Positions 11,012 to 24,800 of a stretch of 64,000 nt of DNA are shown here, one piece after another. The DNA is from Monocercomonoides exilis PA203 (lineage: Eukaryota; Protista; Preaxostyla). The stretch lies in contig LSRY02000018.1 of NCBI GenBank assembly GCA_001643675.2, forward strand, positions 434,001-498,000, given 5' to 3'. Numbering within the stretch: the first letter of the stretch is position 1; the number at the start of each line of letters is the position of its first letter. The notes under the pieces are model-generated. The model did not search any database and was not told the origin of the DNA. It saw only the letters and a list, made by a program, of their open reading frames with translations. A program made the translations under genes and the position numbers.

Positions 11012-12628
11012 TTGTTTTCATATCAGCACGTGTTGTTTTCTTCGTCTATTTCACAGTTCTGGAAGTGGAGAATAGAAGAGAAGAAGGCTGGATGGGACAA
11101 GCGGCCAGTATTCTCTTCATCTTCATCTTCATCATCAGCGTCTGCAATTGATTCTTCGGATGCCTCGGCCGTGGCGGTGTCACATACGTCGGAAGTGGCG
11201 ATGGACGACATCGAGAGGCAGTTGCGGATTGTTGTTTAAAAAGCAGCTGAAGTGAATTCAATTCAAAAGAAATCGTTGTTGAGGGTTTGACAAGCTCCGC
11301 GAGGTTATGACGAGGAGCGGCTGTCGGTGCTGTGTGAAAGTGTTGTGTGTGTGTACGATGTGGAGCTTTTGGTGATGCTTTCGGTTGCGTTAGTGGGGCA
11401 GCTTCCTACTCTTGCAGAGTCTGTGAGCAAAAACTCTGGGAGCATGAGGGTATATGCAGCGGTAGAAGTGAATGCGTTCCCGTTGATCTACAATTTGTTT
11501 GACACTTCACAGCAGATATGGCGATTGCCGCAGTCGAGACATGTGATGATGAAGTTGGATGAGAAAATGATGGGGTGAGGGGTTGCAGTGTGAAAAGTGA
11601 GAGAGATTGTGGAGAAGGTGCTGGAGGAAGAGGGGCTGAGGATGAATGATGCGGTTCTGTCTTTATTTGCGATCGTGCTCGTCGCGCTGAAGGAGCGAAT
11701 ATAAGCTGAGGAAGGTGAACGATTCAGCAGCAGAAGCAGATGAGTGTTTAAGTATTTCTGCAATGAAAAGTTTTATTAAAATGATTAGATCTGTGAAGCT
11801 GTTGTAAAAAAAAGAGCGAACGATTTGATAATAAATGAGGAAAAAGACAAATGCAATGAATAAGCAATGGAAAAAAGTTGTTTGATTAATGTGGAGTGAT
11901 TAAAAGAAGAAGAGGAAGAGGACGAAGAAGAGGAAGAGGGAGGAATAATTGAGTTCACCTAGAAGAACGGAGTGACGAGGTTGTTCTATCTGGTCGATGG
12001 CCGAAGACCAGTGCCTTGACACAAAAAGGAAATCAGCGAATGATGCGTGTGCGCATTGCAAACGGTCAGACTTTTGATGTGCTGGGCGAGCTGAACATGC
12101 AGCTGCCTTGAAGCTGTGCAAAGATGCAGATGAAATGGCGGAGATCCAGTTGAGAAACAAAGTCGAAGAGGAATCTAACTTTAGAGCCGTGGGAGATCCT
12201 CATGCAGCATTGGACTAAGAGTGAAGCAGGGATGAAGCAGGCGATTGTAGAAGATTTGGTGGTTATGTTTTTCGTTCTTGTAGAATGGTTCGAGCACGAA
12301 GAGGAGGAGAACGAGTTTGTGATTGATATCTTTATCAGCCAGGATGAGTTGATCCGCCTTGCAAATGCGCATCCTTTGATGAAGCAACGGCTTCTGTGAT
12401 GTGGAGTGACAGCGTCGTTTGATATTGCATACGGATGATTCAGTGAAGGTGAAGTTCACAACGGAGAAAAGAATTGAAGCTGCACGGCAGAGTAGAGAAG
12501 GAATAGAAGAAGGTTATGCGAAGGAGATTCTGAGCAATTATTCAGCGATGCTGTCAGTGCATGCGTTTGAGGGTATGTTTGATGAGGCGTCTGATGCGGA
12601 TAAACAGCTGATTTGGCAGGGTGAGTGA
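11012..12628 (+). pseudogene. Decayed gene of unknown family
   Basis: GC-richer, protein-like frame joining 11012..11239 and 11327..11578 and beyond through in-frame stops. Further fragments at 12202..12399 and 12419..12628. Confidence 0.5.
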
Positions 12629-12629
12629 A

Positions 12630-12866
12630 TGGAGGCTGAGGTGCAGAAGGAGGGGAGGCGGGTTCATTCAACACGTCAGACAAGAGGCTCGGTGTCGAAG
12701 AGTTGTTTATTTAGAGAAGACAGTCGAATGCTGTTCAAACGATGGGTTTACGCGGCTGTGATGCTTAGTACGCCATTTCTAGCATACAATGCTTTCTCAG
12801 CGGTTGTACCTATGGATGCTTCCATGTCATTGAAGATGGCAGCAGAGGACTGCATCACAATTTTGT

Positions 12867-12910
<44 letters not shown>

Positions 12911-14950
12911 TTTCTTCCTCTTCCTCTTCCTCTTCTTCTTCCTCTTTCTCTTTCTCTTCCTCTTCCTTTTCCTCTTCCTCCATCTCCTCCTCTTCTTCTT
13001 TGTCATCGTCAATTTCTGTTTTTATGAGTGTCTGTTCCTTCTTCACATCCTCCTCATCGTCTCAAATATCTCATCTGTCACATTCCTCTTCTTCTCTCTT
13101 TTCATCAGCATAAGCACATGCATATTTGGAAGCAACTGCTTTGAACAGTATGTCAAATGCGTGTGTTCCGACAAGTTGCTCATCGATGTGCTTGTATCAT
13201 TGGCTTTAAGGTGTTTATGCAGCTCCATCGACCGCCTCATCTCCAGATGCGAAGAAGAAGAGCACTTGTGCGACGAATGGGACAAAGGCATCGGTGGTGG
13301 CACATCGTCAAGAGAGGTGGTGGATTTGAACAGACAAGGACACGAATGGAAGAAGCGCTTCTGCGACGAGGTCTGTGAAGATGGAGAGAATGTGCCCAGG
13401 AGAAGCGGTGGGGCATCAGCAGCGGAGAAGGAAAGAGGCGCAGACAGAGCTGATGAAAGAGAAGAGGAGGAAGTTGTGGAGACGACAGCAGACGAAGTGA
13501 CAGCAGCTGGCAAGTCTGATGAGGTAGTCGGGGCTGCAACAGCAGTAGATTGCTGGAGGCTTCCTGGCTGAGCCAAATGAGACGGGCGGGAAGGAGAGCT
13601 TGCCTGCGTGCGTGACTTCTGCGATGTGGCTGAGAGTAGGAAAGAAGGGCAGAGAAAGAGGAAGAAGCGAGAGATGTTGGAGAAGTCAGAGAGGCCAAAA
13701 AAGAAGAAGCAGAAAAAGATAAAGATGGAAGGGAAGAAGACGATGACGATGACGAAGAAGATGATGTTGCAATAGATGCAGTTGAAGATCCCCCAAGCAC
13801 GATCGTCGGAGCCAACAGCGATGCAGAAACAGAAGGCGATGTGTCATCAAAGAAAGAGCGAAGCGTGGCTAACTCAAAAGTGGGAGAAAATGGAGCATTT
13901 GAGGTGCTTATCTCAGAGCGGTGAGCTGTTGATGAGTGCGTGCGTGCTATTGACGTGGTTGTTTGAGTGATGACGGGTACAAGGAAGATGAGGGCAGTGG
14001 CTGAGACAGAGGAAGAGGAGGAAGAAATGGAAGAAGAAGAGGAAGAAAAAGAAGAAGAATAAGTTGAATTGGGGATATCTTGAATGGTTAGATGATGCGT
14101 CTTGGCAAAAGATGCAAGTTTGTTTGAGGATTTTTGTTGAACTGATTCATTTTCTGATGAATGAGATGAAGAAGAAAAAGAAGAAGAAGAAGAAGATGAT
14201 GATGATGATGAAGAGGAGAAGAAGGAGAAGGCGAAGGAAAGAGAGGAAACAATGGCTGAAGTTGAATGGATTGGGGAAACGAATGAAGATGAAGCATATG
14301 GTTGTGTAGGAGTTTTTGAATGTTGTGAGCGAAGAGAAAGAAGTGAATGAGGAAGAATGGAAGGCGAGGAAGTTTGTGGAGTGAGAGAAGATGCATGCTG
14401 TGCGGATGGATGCGTGTGATGCGGTGATGATGAACACTACAGCTTCGGAGATGTCGACAGAGGAGCTGATGCAAGCGACAGGATCGAGCGCGCTGCAAAG
14501 TGGCAGCACAAAAAGGACATAAAGCAATTCACTGAAGAATGATGGAACTCTTACGTTGTTTTGCACGTTACGCTTCTTGCTGAGAAAAGTGTTTGTGCTA
14601 TATCAAGTTCATTTGATGATTAGGTCGTCGAATGTGTGTTGCAGCAGAGAGTGAGGGCTCATGGCGGGGCGAAAGCAGAAGGGAGGGTGCTGGAGGCAGA
14701 TTGGAGAGACAGGATGAATGTGTCGCAGGATGCGGAAAAGGAAATGCTGCTTGAGTTTCTGGAGTGGAAGAATCTGTAAAGAGAAGATATGGACTTGATG
14801 ATGATTTAATGGTAGTTAAAGGAGAAAAGTGTATCTGAACTTGTGGTTTTGATACTGTTGGCTGTATGTGGGAAGGTGCTGTGGTGCAAATGCATGAGAC
14901 AATCATGGTGAAAGGGAGCCAAGTGTGTTGAAGTCTCGCCATCTGATCAA
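12630..14950 (-). pseudogene. Decayed low-complexity (poly-Glu/poly-Ser) gene fragments
   Basis: Short overlapping ORFs built on GAA/TCT triplet tracts, interrupted by stops and frameshifts. No recognisable domain. Confidence 0.35.
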
Positions 14951-15730
14951 TGTGCATATTTTTGTGTTTGGAATAGAAGAAGAAGAGATGATGATGAAGA
15001 GAGAATGAAAATGGAGCGAAGAAAAAGGGATGACGGAAGAGAGAAGATGAGTTTTGATAATTCCGTTTCAACACTTGCTTTTATCAAAGCTGAATTGGAT
15101 GTTCCACTTGCATCAGAGACTGTCCAGCCACTCAGTTCATCATTTCCTTTTATTTCGTGTTTCCGATCAGAAAAAGCTAATTTATTGCTCATCAAAGACA
15201 TTCCATTCACAACAACTTTCTTTGTTCCTGTTTGTCTTGTGAGTGAGTGCTTCATTGTCAAACAAGGGAACTGAACAATTCCACAATGTGAGTGATTGGA
15301 TGACTCGATATTGCTCACATATATTTCTTCTGGAGTGGGAAGGAGATAGACGCACAGAGGAATGGCCACACTTGTGTTTCCATTGTCGAATCCTCGAACT
15401 TTTTCAAAAGAATCCAAAGAGGCTGTTACACACGTAATCTTTTGTGACTTTGCAGTTTCTTCCAAATTTGGTGAAATGGCAAAGATATCATTTCCCCACT
15501 TTTCTGTGTTTGTTCCAAAAGAAGAAGAAATCAGGAAATTTGGATTTTCATTCAATAATCGAAGAAAAATTCTTCCCCCCAGGCCATCTGTTGCTGAACA
15601 AAAGCATCCATCAAAGTTGTAGCCTTTCACTTTCACTTCGTTCGCTTCTCCCGCACATCGCATTGTTGATCCTCCGTTGGCTGATTTTGTGCTTCAGCAT
15701 CTGAAAATGTTCTCGAAATCATATCTTTGT
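14947..15730 (-). pseudogene. Fragment of the giant beta-helix surface-protein family
   Basis: ...GLGGRIFLRL...GNDIFAIS...IYVSN...HSHCGIVQFPCLTM parallels the GGG-hydrophobic, G(K/N)DVF and CGxxxxPCxT motifs of 18828..27011. Truncated at both ends. Confidence 0.7.
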
Positions 15731-18700
15731 CTATTATGAAATTGATAAAACAAATGTTTACAATCAACTGAGAACTATTCAAAAAAAAAAGCATGATTGA
15801 ATAATAAATTGAAAATTAAATTTATTTGTTTTAATTAATTGGAAACCACTAAACTTATCCGATTAACAGTTGCATCGATTATGTGTGTTCTATCTTTGCA
15901 TTCATGTTGAGTTCAGACTCATAAAGCAAAAGAAAAATGCTATTCAAATGAAATTTTGAATTAACATTGAAAATCAAGTTTGTCAGGATAAAGAATCGAA
16001 ACATACATTGTACTTTTTGTTAATAAACAATTGCAAAGTAGTTCAATCAAGTGATACTCTTTTTCATTGAAAAAATGATATATAAATTTTGATCAAAAAA
16101 TATGATACATAATTTTTTGTGAAAGAGTATTTCCTCTTATAAAAAGTTTGTTATGAATTAACAAACATCACCGTGAAAATTCGTTATTATCATTTGAATA
16201 ATGGTAACGGAGTGTGAAATAATTAACTTTCATGAGACAAATTTTTGATCGGATGTCACTTTTCAAAAAAATTTTGACCTATTAACTAATTCTAACAATA
16301 GAACTCTATGAATTAGGGTTAGTCCAAAAAGAAATTTCATTTTTACTTCGTTTATAAAGATATTAGGGCTTCAATACGAAAATAACTTTTTTATCATAAT
16401 TCAAAAATTGAAAAAATTATAAGGTTCTTTCTCTGAAAAATTGATGATGTTAATAGACTTTATCTTTATTGTACAAATGATTTTCTGGTAGGAATATGAA
16501 AAAGAAATCGTTATGATATGAATCTTTAACTGGTCGTATCAAGCCCATTTTCCGTGACATTTGCAGACAATTCGTTTTCAGCACTTGATAATGACACTTT
16601 TTTTGTTTTCTTTTTTAAACATTTAATGTTCTTTTCAATATTTGAAGAATATAATTTTTGGAAAACGAAAAAAATATTTTCAATAATAAATTTTTTGTTG
16701 AAAAATTACATTTAAAATTTATCATGATCAAGATTTCTGATTCATATCCTCTTGTTTGTCAATATTGTTTTGAAACGGAGAAAGAGAATACAGACATGAG
16801 TTTTGGGCTGCTGAGTTAATATCACAAGACCATTTGTTTACCAAAAAAACAAAAAACTTTCAAGATTATTTTGTGAATTCAAAACAAAAGGATATGAAGA
16901 AAGTTAAAATTGTTTGAGACAACAAGAAGGAAAAAGAGCAGTGGATGTGATTTAATGAACACAATCGCTTCTATTCACAATGAATCGTTTCATACAAAAT
17001 GAAATTTTGGATGACACCCACAGGATAAAAAACATCAGCAAGCTTTCAAAAATACAATCATGAAAGTTAACATTATTGAATATTTCTGATGAATATATCT
17101 TTTCGAAAGAATTTTTGATGGAAAGATTTCAGGTCAAATATCCATTGTTTATTCTCAAAAAAGAAAAAAAATCGTTCCATGAAATTCAATAAAATTTTTT
17201 CTGAATAAAGAAAGAAAGGAAATAATTATTTTTTCGTGTTGAGTGATTGTTTTTGTTTTTGAATACAACCAATTGCAAAATTATTTGATTTCCATGAAAA
17301 ACAGAAATGTTGGGAGATTCATTGAAAAAGTTAATTTTTCTTTTTCAAAAATCTTTCAAAGATCATAAACCTTAACATAATGAATTAACATCTCAAGCAA
17401 CACTTTGAAAAATTGCTATTTAAAAAAGGGATGGAGATAAAATAGATTTTGATGAAAACAAAAATGTGTTGAATTTTCACATAAATAAAAAAACAATGAT
17501 GAACATGTTAATTCGAATAACTGGAAAATAATGTGCATTTGTTTTTCGTGTTCAGAAAAGAATGTTGCATCAGTGTGATTATTATTGAAAACATGAATAT
17601 TGGTTAACACATTTTAACTTTTTTTTATTTTTTTCGCAACTATGAAACAAATTTTATTTTGTTTCAATTTTTGTTAAGGTTGTTGTGTGAAAACATGAAA
17701 AAGAGAAAATAAATATAAACATTGTTCTTTCTGAGAATCTGAAATGCCATTATAAAGGTTGATTTTGTGAAAATGAACTTGAACAATCGAATCGATATTT
17801 TCAAACAGAAACAAGATGAAATTTAAAAACATTTCCTCCTTGAAAAAGAAAATAACAATTTGAAACAACTTTCTGAACGAGCCGTAATTCAAAGAGTCAC
17901 AAAGAAGTGTTGCAAATAAAAGGTTGATTTCATTGAACCGAAATCATCAAATGAAGAACAATTCCATTCACAAATGCATAATTTGAAAAACATAAAGAAA
18001 TGTGGATGCTTTCATTTTTCAATATTTCTCAATTTGATTTGTTGTTGGGTTGTTGTGAAAAACGCGATTTGATAAATTCAGAATCAAAAAGACAAAAAGG
18101 CAATAAATTCTTGCTGGATTGCAAAGAAATTCTGCTTTTTCAAATATCCTTTTCGAACAAACACAAATGAATTCTTTTTTCAACATCGAAATTGCAAACA
18201 AATGCAAAATCAATCACATCCAATGACTATATATCACAAAAAGGAAATCAACCAAAACAGAAATACATTTACAAAAGCAAAAATACGAACAAAAGAAACA
18301 ACTCAAATCTTGACTCGAGAATTACAATGACTTGGAAAAAAGGGAAAAAAAGTTGAATGGATAAAGACAATTATAAAAAAAAAAAATAGAAAGAAAAAAA
18401 TCAAGAAAAAAGGAAAAAAAGGTGAGAAAAAAGGGGGAAGAAAGTAATTAAAAAAGTGAAAAACAATGAGAAAAATAGAAAGAAAAACAATGAGATTAAA
18501 AATGAGAAAAACAATGGGAAAAACAATGAGAAAAATGCTTTAATAAAGTTAAAGAGAATGATAAAGAAAGATAAAAAAAAGATCGGAAAGGAAAATGTGC
18601 TGAAAAAGAAGAAGAAAGCAATTCATTTGTGGGCAATCGTTCAACGCAAATGTTTCAACTCAAAAGCTATGTCACTCTTCATAAGAGCAAAGCTGGATAA

Positions 18701-18827
18701 CCCTTGACACACATCATCTTCCTCAACAATCCCCTTTGGAAATAATAATTCACAGAAACACTGTTTCACATTTGCCATCGTGCCATTTCTCCATTTTCCT
18801 TTTTTCCGTTTCTCGTTCCATTATCCT

Positions 18828-21800
18828 TCATTCCTTCTTCACCATGTCTGGCTGATCTGCCACTATCCCACATTCACGTTCACAAATGACCAAAGGCTCA
18901 TCACCTGTCAGCCATCCGCTCTCCTTCTCACCATCTTCAGACTCTCCATAATCAACAGCATCTGAAATTGTCATGATCAATGCTCCAGGAGGGAATCGTT
19001 GGACAAACTCTCTCTTCAAATCCACAAGACTCATCCTTTCATTTGGCTCTCCTTGCCAACACTTGCATATTGCTTCTTTCAATGAACACTCACCCAAACT
19101 TTGAACAGTCGGCCTCTCCCCATTCACAATCTTATCTCCAGCAACCGCTGCATCATAGTCACCAAACGGGATCTGAAGAGTCAGACACTCCCACAGCATC
19201 ATCCCAATCGAAAACACAACCGACTTCTTTGTTGCCCCCATCTTCCTATTCATCAACAATTCTGGTGCCATCCATCGCAGACATTCTTTTTTGTAATCAT
19301 CCTCATCCTCAAAGGCTGATGAGGGAAGAGAGTCTTCGCTATCATCACTGGCAGATGTCACAACAGTTGATGAAGAGATGGAAGAAGAGTCAGAATCATC
19401 ATCTGACAAAAAGTCTGAGTGCATCACGATGCAGATCACCATGTGCTCTGAAAACAGCACAATGTGCGGACTCAGGTTCGGCAAAGAGGGAAGTTCATCT
19501 TCCTCGTCCTCAAGCGAGTGCAAAGCCCCATTCGCCACCCAGAACAGGATTTGCACACCTGTCATCTCCCTCTCCTTCAAGTTACCAATCGCCATTTCTT
19601 TCTTCTCATTTCTTCCATGAAGCAGCATGAACAACGAATCCCTCAAGTCCACAATCAGCTTTTCATGAGGCGATGAACATGCCATTGCATCCACCAGATT
19701 CGACATCGAAGAGGTGGTTGGACACAGACACTCTGATCGAACAAATGTTGTGTCTGTGTCTGATGCATCAGTTGTTGAAGTTGATGAAATAGATGGTGAT
19801 GGTGTTCTCTTCCTTATCTCTTCTTCCTCATCTTTCTCCAACATCCATTGAGGGATCTTGTCTGAATCTCTTCCCAATATATATTCAGTTGATCCGCTTT
19901 CAGAAAGAAGATGCTCCGATGACTCAGAGTGTCCTAAGCTTTTCGCATACACCCTCTTTTTGATTCTCTCTTCATTCTTTTTCTCTGCCTCTTTCTCTGC
20001 TCTCCTCCATTGCTCCTCAGGTGACATCTCCATCGTCACCATCTCAAACGCCTTCGGATCCTTTTTGATGTTGTCATTCACAATCTCTCTCAGATCTTTA
20101 TTCTCGTTCTTTGCCCTTCTCCATCGAACTGCCAGAATAATAATGACTACAAGCAGTATTACACAAGCAATGCACACGATAATTACAATTATAGGCCATA
20201 TCGATTTTCCTTCTTTTCTTCCTTCAACATTTCTTTCATCTCCTTTTTGCTCAATCTCACTTCTGTTTTTCACAACAAATGGCTCTGTTGATGAAGGAGA
20301 TTCTGCATTCCCAAACAAAATACACACACTCACCTCGATTTCATTTCCACAACTGCTGAGGAGATCTTTTCCCACGCTTCCTTCAACTTCTTTTTCTGAC
20401 AAAAATCCATTTGAATCAAAATCATGTTTTTCAATCTCTTTCTCTTCACCTTTCCTCTTCACAACTGAGTATGACAGATTGCATGGAACAAGAAGCATCC
20501 CTTTGAACGTCAGCTTCATTCTATCTGTCTCTTCTTTTGTTTCCACATTCTCCAGAATTGGAATGAAGAATGATGAATCTCTCTCAGAAACAATCCCTTC
20601 AAAACTGCACCCATCATTCAACATCCAAAGAGATGTGTTATCTTTCAGTCCATCTCCTCCTTTCAAACTCAACACATTCAATGTTCCTGAATCTGAACAG
20701 ATGATGTTTCTTCTCAATGATGGATATCCTTCAATTGAGGGATTGTTATTCAAAAATTCTCCTTTCTCAATATTCACATTTCCACCTCTCATTGTTATTC
20801 CACCTTCTGGTGAATTTGTGATTGTTGAAACTTTCATCATCACAGAACTCTTCACAACATCAACAAGAGAACCTTCCCATCTGCACATCTCTTCTTCCTC
20901 GTTCAAATATTGCTCATTTCTTTCCTTTGAACTCCCATCGAAAATGCAACTGTCCATTTTCACATCCAAACAATCCTCCAATTTCATCAATTTTCCTTTT
21001 GCGGTCTTTGAACTGACTCCACCTATTGTGCAATTTGCCAATTGAATTGTCTTTTTCATTGTCAAGCAAGATATCAATGATTCATCATTTCCTTCAACTG
21101 TGATATTTTCTGTATTGAAATCCTTTATTGTTAATTGCGCGCATTCATTAATATCCATCAGAGAAGTTTCTATTATTGAATTGCAAATCGTTAATGAATC
21201 AATTGTTGATGGAAGTGGTGATGAAAGATGCAATACAGATTCTTTAAGAATAAGATTGGACATTGTGCATCCATCAAGTTGCAATTCTCCTTTTTCCATA
21301 TTGATAACGTGAAATGGAATGTTTGCAAATTCTGTATTAACACCTTCCACTGGAAGTTTTGAACTGAATGAACAACTCATGATATCAAGAATTCCTCCCT
21401 CTGGCGATATCAGTGATTCATGTTGAGAAATGAAATTCGAATCAAACACAAAATTCACTCTCAATAATGAGACTGTTCCGGTTGTTGTTATCAATACCAC
21501 TCTTGTTTCTTCAATCTCTGATTTCATTTCAACTTTGCACATCTCTCTGCTCTTTGAACTCAAACTCATTTCCTTCAGATTTATCTCTTGACCAATCACA
21601 CTCCCTTCAACAACGAGTATTTGACTTATCAGCTCTGAAGTCAGGTGCATCAGTCCATAATCAATCGAATAACATGGAAGTGTGTTTGTTCCACATTGCC
21701 TCTCATCCGATCCATCCACACTTCTCACAACAATTGTGTCACTCTGATGGATAGTCACAAATTCAATAAGATCTGTATCTTCTTTGTGCTCACAACTATC

Positions 21801-24800
21801 AATTCCATATATAGCATTAATTCGTGAATAATGATTCTCTCGAAGATCAAATTGAAATTGGGTTTCATTGATCTGCGAAGATATGTTAAAGCAATCAATG
21901 AAAACATCTTTTCCAACACTTGCACCGTTGTCACTGAACTTCATCCCCACAAATGAAAAATTCAATTCTCCTCTTTCATCTGTTGCCAAATACACTCCTC
22001 CTCCTTTCCCTGAACTAATACTGCAATTGCAATTTGAGATTTTGGAGTCAATCATATTCATTGATCCAGACGATTCCAATGTGAAGAATATTGCCCCTCC
22101 TTTTTCACTTGTTTCTGCTTTATCTTCTGTTATATTGCTCTCGTTCACAACCAAACAAATCTCATTTTCACTCTTTGATTCCAAAATGGTTGCTCCATTA
22201 TCACTTCTCTTCACTCCTGAAAATGATGAATTATCAATATTGAGACTCATTTCTTCACATCCTTCATTTATCTTTGTTGCTAATTCCGGTCCTTTGATCT
22301 GAAGAAGACATCCTCCACTTTCATTCAACGATTCCACTCGAACATTCACCAAATGACAAGAAACTCCAACATCATGAATGACAAAAATACTGTTTCCAGC
22401 ATTGCACGATTCAATCGACAAATCATTCACTTCCACACTGCCTCCAATCGCATCCACAAACACACAATCAAATCCATTATTCACTCCTGCTTCTGAATGG
22501 AATGAACATCCAGTTATTACCAAATCTCCTCCTTTGTTTGAAATAATTGTTTTGGCTGAGTTGTCAAATCCTGATGTCAATTGAAGTTGGATATCCGTCA
22601 ATTCAAAGTGAAAATCATTTCCCATGAAATATTCCAGTTGACTTCCAATTGCCTTTTCAAAATTCAATATCGCTTTTGTATCTTCCTCTCCCATCTTTAC
22701 ACTCTTTTTGATCTGATAATTGGTAACATTGAATGAATCTTGAATGATAGTTGATCCTTCAATCTGAATTGTTTTCTTTCCAATCTCCTTTTCCATGTTT
22801 TCCATCCCTTTCCACATTGTTTGACATGGCTCTTCCTCGCTTCCACATCTTGCAACATCAAATCCTTCTGATGAGATAAATATCTCAAATGAACTGAATG
22901 GAACGAGGAACATGAACAGATCCTTGTTTGAATAATTGTTATCTCTCCCAACAAACAAATTACCATTATTTATCATTGAGGAGTAATCAAACTTGAATGA
23001 GTCATTTGTCACAGAAGTATTTAAATCATTTGCCAAAATGAACATATTCCTCCCATATTCTGCTTTATTCTGATCAAATATCAAATTTCCTGACAACTCA
23101 AACTTTGCATCTGCATCTGCCACAGAAAGCATCATCCCTCCTCCTTTCCCTTCACTTCCACTCGTTGAGGGTGCACAGCACTTCTCAAATCTTGTTGATG
23201 AGACAAACAGTTCAGACGGATGCTTCAATGAAACTGACAGTCCTCCTCCTCCTTTCCCTTTCTCACTCACCTTGCACATCCTGAATGAGCAATTCTCAAC
23301 TCTGATTATATCTTGGCTTCCATCATCATTCGATCTCACACAAAGGCTTCCACCATCTCCTTTCCCTCTCGTGATATTCTCAAATGAGGTGTTCTTCAAT
23401 TTGATAGATGAACACTTCTCAACCTGAATTGCTCCACAACTCGGCAGATCACAATTTGTGATCGAGCAATTCTGGATTGTGGCTGAACTGCTTGTGGCAA
23501 TCTCAATCAATCCACTCACTCCATTTGATATTGTCTGATTCATAATCACCTCATCCATCAGACACTCACAGCTCCCATTCACAAAAATCACACTTCCCAC
23601 AAATCTCACTTCTCCCACACTCCCTCCACAACTCATCCCAACAATCTCCACTTTCCCTCCACTCGCACTCACAAACAAATAATTCACTGCATTCGCTCCA
23701 TTCCCCATCTTCATCCCACAATCAGCAAATCTCAATGTGCCTCCTGAAGAATGGATAAATGATGATCGCTCTCCAATCGATCCTCCCAATTCAAACAAGA
23801 TCCCTGTCAATGTTGATGAAACACTGTTCATCACCAACGCTTCTTGTGTTTTTGTTCCTGTTGCCTCGATTTTTATTCCAATATCTTTGTCATTCGAATC
23901 AATCTCATATGACTCCTTATTCAACTCCACTTCTTCATCAAATGAAAATGTGCTTGTCAGTCTGATCATTCTCTTTGAACTCAGATACCGATATTCACTC
24001 GCTTCTTCAATTGTTCTGCATGGGTAATCTTCATATCCACACAGTCTGAATTCACTTCCTTGTTCTCTCCCACTCACATATGCTGGCGATGAAAATGTCC
24101 GAAGAAACACAACAAGCGGAACAATTAGCTCTGCCTTGCCTCTTTCTCTTCCACAAAGTTCACTCAAATCTGCTTTATTCGCCTCAACAACTGGATTGAA
24201 TCCGATTGAAGAGCTGTTGATAACAGCTGACAGGTCATGTGCTTCCACAAACACATTCTTCCCTCCCAATGTTGCAGCACAACCAGCAAAATTCACTGTT
24301 GTGATCTCAAAGTCAAATGAGTCATTAGCCAGATGCAGCTTCACCCCTCCTCCATATCCACCGCATTTGCATTGATTGAACGAAGTCGTCCCTCCACTGT
24401 GTGATATTGAATCTCCAATCAGAACCTTGCTTGCTGATGATAATAATTCCACTTTGATTCCTCCTCCATTTCCATTCACACACTCACACTCCTCAATCGT
24501 TGTGTTCCACACCACAAATGTCTCTCCTCTCTTCACACTTTTTGCCATCACCACTCCATCTCCTTCTGTTGTCCGATTCACATTCCGAATTGTCACATTC
24601 GCTAACATACTCTCTCCTGATGTTGATCCTGCTGATGATGGCTCTTCGAACAGAGGTTGGCTCATTTTCATATTTTCTATCTCAACATCGCTCATCCTCA
24701 ATTGCGACAGTTCCATCACAAATATCGATGCTGATATTTCTCTCTCTCCATTAACACTTGAAAAGATCAGAACATCCTCCAATGAAAGTGATCCGCTTCC

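Noticed and set aside
15750-18750. Possible decayed coding fragments in the AT-rich stretch
   Set aside because: Short, stop-ridden frames with no motif I can recognise, so not called.
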